Positions 58,675 to 64,000 of a stretch of DNA of 64,000 nt are shown piece after piece. The notes beneath the pieces were generated by a model. It saw only the letters and a program-made list of their open reading frames with translations, did not search any database and was not told the DNA's origin. Origin of the DNA: Spirochaetaceae bacterium (GTDB taxonomy: Bacteria > Spirochaetota > Spirochaetia > DSM-2461); assembly GCA_965224705.1 (NCBI GenBank), contig OZ245056.1:32001-96000 (forward strand), written 5' to 3'. Positions within the stretch are counted from its first letter, which is position 1; each line of letters begins with the position of its first letter. A program made the translations under genes and the position numbers.

Positions 58675-58720
58675 GAGCCTGTCGAACTTACGCCTCACGG
58701 CTCGATTTTTGCCCTTCTCT
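58675..58720. mobile_element. MITE family A truncated end
   Basis: CTGG|GAGCCTGTCGAACTTACGCCTCACGGCTCGATTTTTGCCC. Confidence 0.8.
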
Positions 58721-58731
58721 CCCAGACTACT

Positions 58732-59820
58732 ATGATGATGCATGGCGCCTTGACTAAGACCTACAAGAAATACCTGTGTTTTGTCATGATAACACTGGCT
58801 ATCATGCTGTTCTCCAGCCACTGTCTTGGTGCTTCAAACCCGTTCATCAGTTTCGTCAATAGCACCCATCCCAAATCAGCAGATAAGGAAACTCCGGCAG
58901 AGATTGATATCCAGGCACATCGGGGAGGAAGAGACCTCTATCCCGAGAACACCTTGACTGCTTTCAGGCATGCTGCATCCTTGGGAGTGAGGACCCTTGA
59001 ACTCGATACCGCCCTCACAGCCGATGATGTGGTGGTTATCAGTCATGACCCCTACCTTAGCAATAAACTCGTCAGAGACAGCGAGGGGGAATATGTATCC
59101 GAATACCCAAAGATATTGATCAAGGATCTCAGTTACGAGGAGCTTTTGACCTATAGAGTAGGGAAGATCAACCCCTCCAGCTCCTATGCAAGGAGTCACA
59201 AGACCCAGAAGCCGGTGGAGAACGAACATATCCCAACGCTCTCAGAGCTATTCGAGGTCATGGATGAACTCAATTATCATGATATCTGTTATAATATTGA
59301 AATCAAGAGCTATCCCGAGTTCCCGCAATACACCAAAGAGGTATCAGCCCTCGTCGATAAGCTCATGGCCGTCATCAATGCATACGGCAAAGAAGCCTAC
59401 TGCAGCATCCAGTCTTTCGATTGGAGTTCTCTGCAAATCATACAGGAACACTATCCGCAGATGAAGACCGCCTGCCTTACCGCAAAAGGCTTGAGGTTTG
59501 AAGGAAGGACCTTCAACTTCAAGCTGAATGAAGCAGGGCCCTCTCCCTGGCTGGCCGGCTTTGATGCCGATGACTATCCGACATGCAGTGATATCGTCGC
59601 AGCTTTCGGAGCTGATATCGTATCTCCCTATTATAAAGACATCACGAAAAGAGATGTGGACCGGGCCCATGAGCTGGGTCTCAAGATTATCCCCTGGACG
59701 GTGAACAAGACAGATAAGATGGAAGAGCTGATCTCCTGGGGAGTGGATGGAATCATCACCGACAGACCTGATCTGTTGCTAGGAGTCTGTCGGATTTTAA
59801 GGCTTCGAGGCGATTTTTGA
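58732..59820 (+). CDS. glpQ: Exported glycerophosphodiester phosphodiesterase
   Basis: Signal peptide, IQAHRGG..PENT, LELD, YNIEIK, QSFD, PWTVN, VDGIITD; last ~12 residues are MITE-derived. Confidence 0.88.
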   Translation: MMMHGALTKTYKKYLCFVMITLAIMLFSSHCLGASNPFISFVNSTHPKSADKETPAEIDIQAHRGGRDLYPENTLTAFRHAASLGVRTLELDTALTADDVVVISHDPYLSNKLVRDSEGEYVSEYPKILIKDLSYEELLTYRVGKINPSSSYARSHKTQKPVENEHIPTLSELFEVMDELNYHDICYNIEIKSYPEFPQYTKEVSALVDKLMAVINAYGKEAYCSIQSFDWSSLQIIQEHYPQMKTACLTAKGLRFEGRTFNFKLNEAGPSPWLAGFDADDYPTCSDIVAAFGADIVSPYYKDITKRDVDRAHELGLKIIPWTVNKTDKMEELISWGVDGIITDRPDLLLGVCRILRLRGDF

Positions 59821-59908
59821 TGATTTTTTCCTGTTTGGGGCATTTTGCCCAAAAAATATGGGTGCGTCCATGCACCCACGGGCAGCTCTAAACGTTTTTA
59901 GGGCTCCC
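59783..59908. repeat. Chimera of MITE family A end (59783-59833) and repeat family B
   Basis: CTAG|GAGTCTGTCGGATTTTAAGG...TTTTCCTG runs directly into ...ATGGGTGCGTCCATGCACCCACGGGCAGCTCTAAA. Confidence 0.8.
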
Positions 59909-59975
59909 ATGTATTGTTGCATTTTCATATTCACTGGGTGTATACTGGAGCGTGGACGAACAGTAGAGGCGTGGT

Positions 59976-60698
59976 ATGATTTGCATTGGACATCGGGGAG
60001 CGGCTGGTCTAGCTCCTCAGAACACGAGATCTTCTTTTGAAAAAGCCATCGCTTTAGGCTGTGACTGCATAGAGACAGACCTGCATATCTGCAAGACAGG
60101 GGAACTCGTTCTCTGTCATGATGCAAGGATCGATTCCACTTCCAACGGCACTGGATATATAAAAGACATCACATATAATGAACTGAGGTCATTCGACTTC
60201 GGTGATGGTCAGCAGATCATGACCCTGGAAGAACTCCTGGAGCTCTGCAGGGGAAAGATAGACATCAATATTGAGATGAAGAGTGATGGAGCCGGAAAAG
60301 CCGCAGCTCTCATGCTGAATGAACAGATCGCCGCAGGGAAATGGTCTGAAGAAAACCTCCTTATCACCTCCTTCAACCATCCCGAACTCATGGACTTCCA
60401 TGCTCTTGCGCCAGACATCCCCATCGGTGCCCTGATCAAATCGATCCTCATCGATGAGGCAGCTTATGTGAAAGACCTCGAATGCACAACGCTCGTGGTA
60501 TCTTTGGAGTTCATCAACAAGCGGCTCGTTGAGGATATGCACGCAACCGGGATAAAGGTATACGTCTATACCGTCGATGACCCCAGGGATATCGAACACA
60601 TAATACGAATCGGTGTGGACGGGATCATCGGGAACTACCCTGACAGGATATTGGAGGGTATTCATCAGAATATAACGTCATCTCAAGAGGAGCTCTAA
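59976..60698 (+). CDS. ugpQ: Cytoplasmic glycerophosphodiester phosphodiesterase
   Basis: IGHRGA..PQNT, IETD, NIEMK, YVYTVD, GVDGIIGNYPD. Confidence 0.88.
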   Translation: MICIGHRGAAGLAPQNTRSSFEKAIALGCDCIETDLHICKTGELVLCHDARIDSTSNGTGYIKDITYNELRSFDFGDGQQIMTLEELLELCRGKIDINIEMKSDGAGKAAALMLNEQIAAGKWSEENLLITSFNHPELMDFHALAPDIPIGALIKSILIDEAAYVKDLECTTLVVSLEFINKRLVEDMHATGIKVYVYTVDDPRDIEHIIRIGVDGIIGNYPDRILEGIHQNITSSQEEL

Positions 60699-60736
60699 AG
60701 TTTTCTAGAGCTGCCCTATATTTATTGGAGTATATT

Positions 60737-61606
60737 ATGAAACAGGCAGGTTTTTCCTCAAAAACCCTACCCTATCTGTTATTATTACCGACCTTTGCCG
60801 TATTGATCGTTTTCCTGTTCTATCCGGCATTCGAGACCTTCAGACTGACCCTCTACAAGGTTCACCCATATTCAGGAGCAGAGAAGTTCGCAGGGCTCTA
60901 TAATCTCAAGAAGATATTCACCAACCCTGATTATATCAGCAGCTTCTGGACATCAGCGATCTTTGCGGTCGCAGTCATCAGTTTCGGACTTATCATCTCA
61001 CTGCTCCTGGCTATCTTATTGAACCAGAACGTCAAGGGATCCAGAATCTACCGGTCCCTTCTTATATGGCCTTATGCCCTCTCCCCGGCTATCGCGGGAG
61101 CACTGTTCAATTTTCTGTTCAATCCCGCGAACGGGATCGTCGGGTATTTCACCGGCATCAGGACCTGGATGACCAGCAGTTCTACGGCACTGTTAGTCAT
61201 CATCATGGCTGCCGTCTGGAAAAATCTTGGCTACAACATCGTCTTCTATCTGACAGCCCTGCGTAACATCCCGAAGGATGCCCTGGAGGCTGCAGAACTC
61301 GACGGAGCAGGTCCGGTCAGGAGATTCTTCTCGATCACCTTCGCCTTCCTCTCCCCGATGACCTTCTTCCTGCTCGTCATGAACACGACCTATTCCTACT
61401 TCAGTGCCTTCGGTCTCATCGATGTCCTGACAGAAGGTGGACCGGCAGAATCGACGAATGTCCTGATCTATCAGCTGTACAAGGACTTCTTCGTCAATTC
61501 CCGAATCGGATATGCTGCGGCTGAGAGTTTCATCCTCTTCATGATCGTCGTACTGATTACTGTCATCCAGTTCCAGACGACTGAGAAGAAAGTCTATTAC
61601 CAATAA
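60737..61606 (+). CDS. ugpA: G3P ABC permease
   Basis: LLIWPYALSPAIAG, WKNLGYN, EAA motif EAAELDGA; ATG 60737 after GGAG. Confidence 0.88.
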   Translation: MKQAGFSSKTLPYLLLLPTFAVLIVFLFYPAFETFRLTLYKVHPYSGAEKFAGLYNLKKIFTNPDYISSFWTSAIFAVAVISFGLIISLLLAILLNQNVKGSRIYRSLLIWPYALSPAIAGALFNFLFNPANGIVGYFTGIRTWMTSSSTALLVIIMAAVWKNLGYNIVFYLTALRNIPKDALEAAELDGAGPVRRFFSITFAFLSPMTFFLLVMNTTYSYFSAFGLIDVLTEGGPAESTNVLIYQLYKDFFVNSRIGYAAAESFILFMIVVLITVIQFQTTEKKVYYQ

Positions 61607-61618
61607 GGAGGTAGGAAT

Positions 61619-62443
61619 ATGATACGTTCAAAACGAAAGACAGCCATGCTGCATCTCCTGCTAATCCTATCAGTACTGATCGTCTGTCTCCCCGTCCTGT
61701 TGGCATTGATCATCAGCTCCCAGACCGAGACAGAGGTTCTCGCATACCCGCCAAAACTCACCTTCTCCAGCAACTGGGTCTATAACTATACGACCGCATG
61801 GCAGCGAATTGACCTGGGAAGGATGATGTTCAACTCGGCTTTCATCGCCATCATGGTCACGATCGGCAAGGTCATCATGAGTCTGCTGGCAGCCTTTGCG
61901 TTCACTCATTTCGAGTTCAAGGGGAAGCAGATACTCTTCTTCCTCGTCATCGTGACCCTGCTATTGCCCGTACCGGTCAGGATCGTCGCCCTCTTTGAGG
62001 TCGTCAGGTCATTAGACTGGATCAACACCTATTCCGGACTCATCATTCCGTTCTGGGCAAGTGCTACCGGGACCTTCCTTTTCATCCAGCGATTCAAGAC
62101 CGTTCCCTCAGAACTGGTCGATGCCTCCAAGATGGATGGGTGCAGACCGATGCAGTACTTCTCCAGGGTACTGCTCCCGCTTACCAGGAGTACGATTGGG
62201 GCCCTCGTGGTCATTGAGTTCATCTATATCTGGAACCAGTATCTGTGGCCGCTGATGGCTACCAATACTGACAACATGAGGGTCGTCCAGATTGGTATCA
62301 AGATGCTGATGAATGCAGAATCCTCCAACAATTGGGGAATCATCATGGCAGGAGTCATCATGACCATGATCCCGCCGCTGCTGGTATTCTTCATCCTGCA
62401 GGAGAGCTTCATGAAAGGTTTTGCACTACAGAGCGAGAAATAG
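61619..62443 (+). CDS. ugpE: G3P ABC permease
   Basis: PFWASATGTFLF, ELVDASKMDG, FIYIWNQYLWPL. Confidence 0.88.
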   Translation: MIRSKRKTAMLHLLLILSVLIVCLPVLLALIISSQTETEVLAYPPKLTFSSNWVYNYTTAWQRIDLGRMMFNSAFIAIMVTIGKVIMSLLAAFAFTHFEFKGKQILFFLVIVTLLLPVPVRIVALFEVVRSLDWINTYSGLIIPFWASATGTFLFIQRFKTVPSELVDASKMDGCRPMQYFSRVLLPLTRSTIGALVVIEFIYIWNQYLWPLMATNTDNMRVVQIGIKMLMNAESSNNWGIIMAGVIMTMIPPLLVFFILQESFMKGFALQSEK

Positions 62444-62454
62444 GAGAACAGGTC

Positions 62455-63396
62455 ATGGAGAATAAGAAAGCAGCGGAGAGAGCCTTCGGTAAGGTCATCC
62501 TCATCGGGGACCAGTTCGTTATCCAGGGAGTCCCTGCAGTCCTTGCAGCATTACCCCTCGAGACCGTATGTACGGTAAGCTGTGATGAACAGGGAAAACC
62601 TGGATGGACACTTGACGATAAGAGGATCGAGGTTCCCGGGTATAAAGAGGCGAAGAAAGCAGACCAAATTATGGCCATGAACATCATGATCGAGGAGATG
62701 GGACTGAATGACAGATCTCTGAAGGTAACTCTTGAAGGGGACCTTCTGGCTGGAAGCGGTGTCGGTGCGAGTGCCGCGAACTGTGTATCCTTTGTCAGGG
62801 CCTGCAATACTTTGTTCGATCTGGGCTATGATAAACCTGCGGTCAACTATTTCGCATGGAGGGGTGAGTTCGGCTACCACGGTCTCCCCTCCGGCCTGGA
62901 CAACACGGTATCGACCTTCGGCGGTACGATCCTCTACGAACTGCATGACGGAAAGAAGTCTTTCGAGACCTTGAACCTGAAACAGCCTGTTGAGGTCGTC
63001 ATGGGGAACAGCGGGATCACTACCGATACCTCGAAACTCAAGGGTTTCCTCGAATCCGAGAGAGCGGAGAACCGGGAACTCTTCGACAAAAGACTTGAGA
63101 CGGTCAGGTCACAGGTCTATGCCCTCAAGGAGGCAATGGAAGCCAATGATCTGAAGCAGGTCGGTGCCATCATGTCCGCCAATCATGAGATCCTCATCGA
63201 TATGGGTTTATCACATCCAAAGCTCATCGAGCTGTGTGACCTGGCATGCTCCCTGGGAGCCTATGGGGCCAAGGTTACCGGCGGCGGCCGGGGCGGCTAC
63301 ATGGTAGCCCTCACCCCGGGCAGGGAACTTCAGGAGAAGGTCGCTTCCGCATTCGAGAATCAGGGAGTCTCCACGATTAGGGGCGTCATCCACTAA
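62455..63396 (+). CDS. GHMP kinase, mevalonate-kinase-like
   Basis: AFGKVILIGDQFV, GSGVGASAA, PSGLDN, GAKVTGGGRGG; ATG 62455 after AGGAG. Confidence 0.8.
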   Translation: MENKKAAERAFGKVILIGDQFVIQGVPAVLAALPLETVCTVSCDEQGKPGWTLDDKRIEVPGYKEAKKADQIMAMNIMIEEMGLNDRSLKVTLEGDLLAGSGVGASAANCVSFVRACNTLFDLGYDKPAVNYFAWRGEFGYHGLPSGLDNTVSTFGGTILYELHDGKKSFETLNLKQPVEVVMGNSGITTDTSKLKGFLESERAENRELFDKRLETVRSQVYALKEAMEANDLKQVGAIMSANHEILIDMGLSHPKLIELCDLACSLGAYGAKVTGGGRGGYMVALTPGRELQEKVASAFENQGVSTIRGVIH

Positions 63397-63469
63397 CTCA
63401 AGGGGGGTCTCTAAAGAGTTATGAGACCATGAAGGAATTGGCGGTTTATACATTATTCATGTTTTTTTA

Positions 63470-63497
63470 ACCGCAGAGGACGCAGAGAGCGCAGAGT
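63470..63497. repeat. Repeat family C copy
   Basis: ACCGCAGAGGACGCAGAGAGCGCAGAGT. Confidence 0.75.
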
Positions 63498-63763
63498 GAT
63501 CAAGGTAATTATTCCCCTCACAACGATAAGTTGACAAACTCCTACTATTGAAGAAAATCCATTCGATCCCCAAAAATCAGTGTCTTTCATTCTTTGGGAT
63601 AGAATTAGATGCGATTGCCCTGGATACACCTTAAACCTGGTAGCTTGACAAATCAATAAATTCATGATACCTGTGCTTATACATTTATGGGGTTGTTCGT
63701 CTTTCCACCTTTCTCCACCCCTATACCTGTACTACAAATAAAACACCTTTAAGGAGAGTTGAA

Positions 63764-64000
63764 ATGGGAACTTTAATGATTTTGCTGCTTCTATTGTCTA
63801 TTGTGCTGATCGTTGCGGCTACTTCACTGTTTAAACTGCACCCCTTTGTGGCCCTCATCATGGCTGCCCTGCTGGTAGGCCTGGGGGCCTCGGTGCTGGG
63901 ACAGTTTGATGTGATGTCTGTGGAAACCACCCTAAGGAGCGGATTCGGTGGAATACTGGCGTACATAGGTATTGTCATCGTATTGGGAACCATAATCGGC
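63764..64000 (+). CDS. GntP-family (gluconate/sugar-acid) permease, 5' part
   Basis: MGTLMIL...KLHPFVALIMAA...GFGGILAYIGIVIVLGTIIG; AAGGAG RBS. Confidence 0.85.
   Translation, partial: MGTLMILLLLLSIVLIVAATSLFKLHPFVALIMAALLVGLGASVLGQFDVMSVETTLRSGFGGILAYIGIVIVLGTIIG

Noticed and set aside
58675..59833. Composite transposon of MITE ends around glpQ
   Set aside because: Both fragments read from TIR rightwards, so they do not form an inward-facing pair of ends

Overview
Chromosomal window from a spirochaete (Spirochaetaceae-like by gene content; this is inference). 0-33 kb is mostly housekeeping: a ThiS-type sulfur carrier plus a partial Cys/Met PLP enzyme, clpC, a LolCDE-type ABC, ftsY, prfB with its programmed +1 frameshift, rlmKL, a large FlgD-Ig/OmpA protein, a five-gene NqrBCDEF/Rnf-like operon with no NqrA/RnfC and a divergent RseC-family gene, NlpC/P60, trxB, GH3 nagZ, glgA and tag. 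33-64 kb is accessory-rich: a MITE-interrupted epimerase, gltA, trmB, two large repeat-built surface lipoproteins (Fn3+DUF285; Ig+C-type lectin), nudC, mglBAC, a second sugar ABC, and a ugpB-glpQ-glpQ-ugpAE operon ending in an atypical mevalonate-kinase-like GHMP kinase, then the start of a GntP permease. The most striking non-genic feature is a palindromic MITE with about 12 copies or fragments (15-bp TIR GAGTCTGTCGGACTT, 4-bp CTAG-like TSD). Its canonical unit (161 bp + 4-bp TSD = 55 codons) is open in two frames. Inside the epimerase gene it is one A-tract base away from an in-frame fusion. Several other repeat families, a 3x56-bp promoter repeat and two structured 5' leaders are also present. 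No rRNA, tRNA, CRISPR array, intact transposase or reverse transcriptase was seen.
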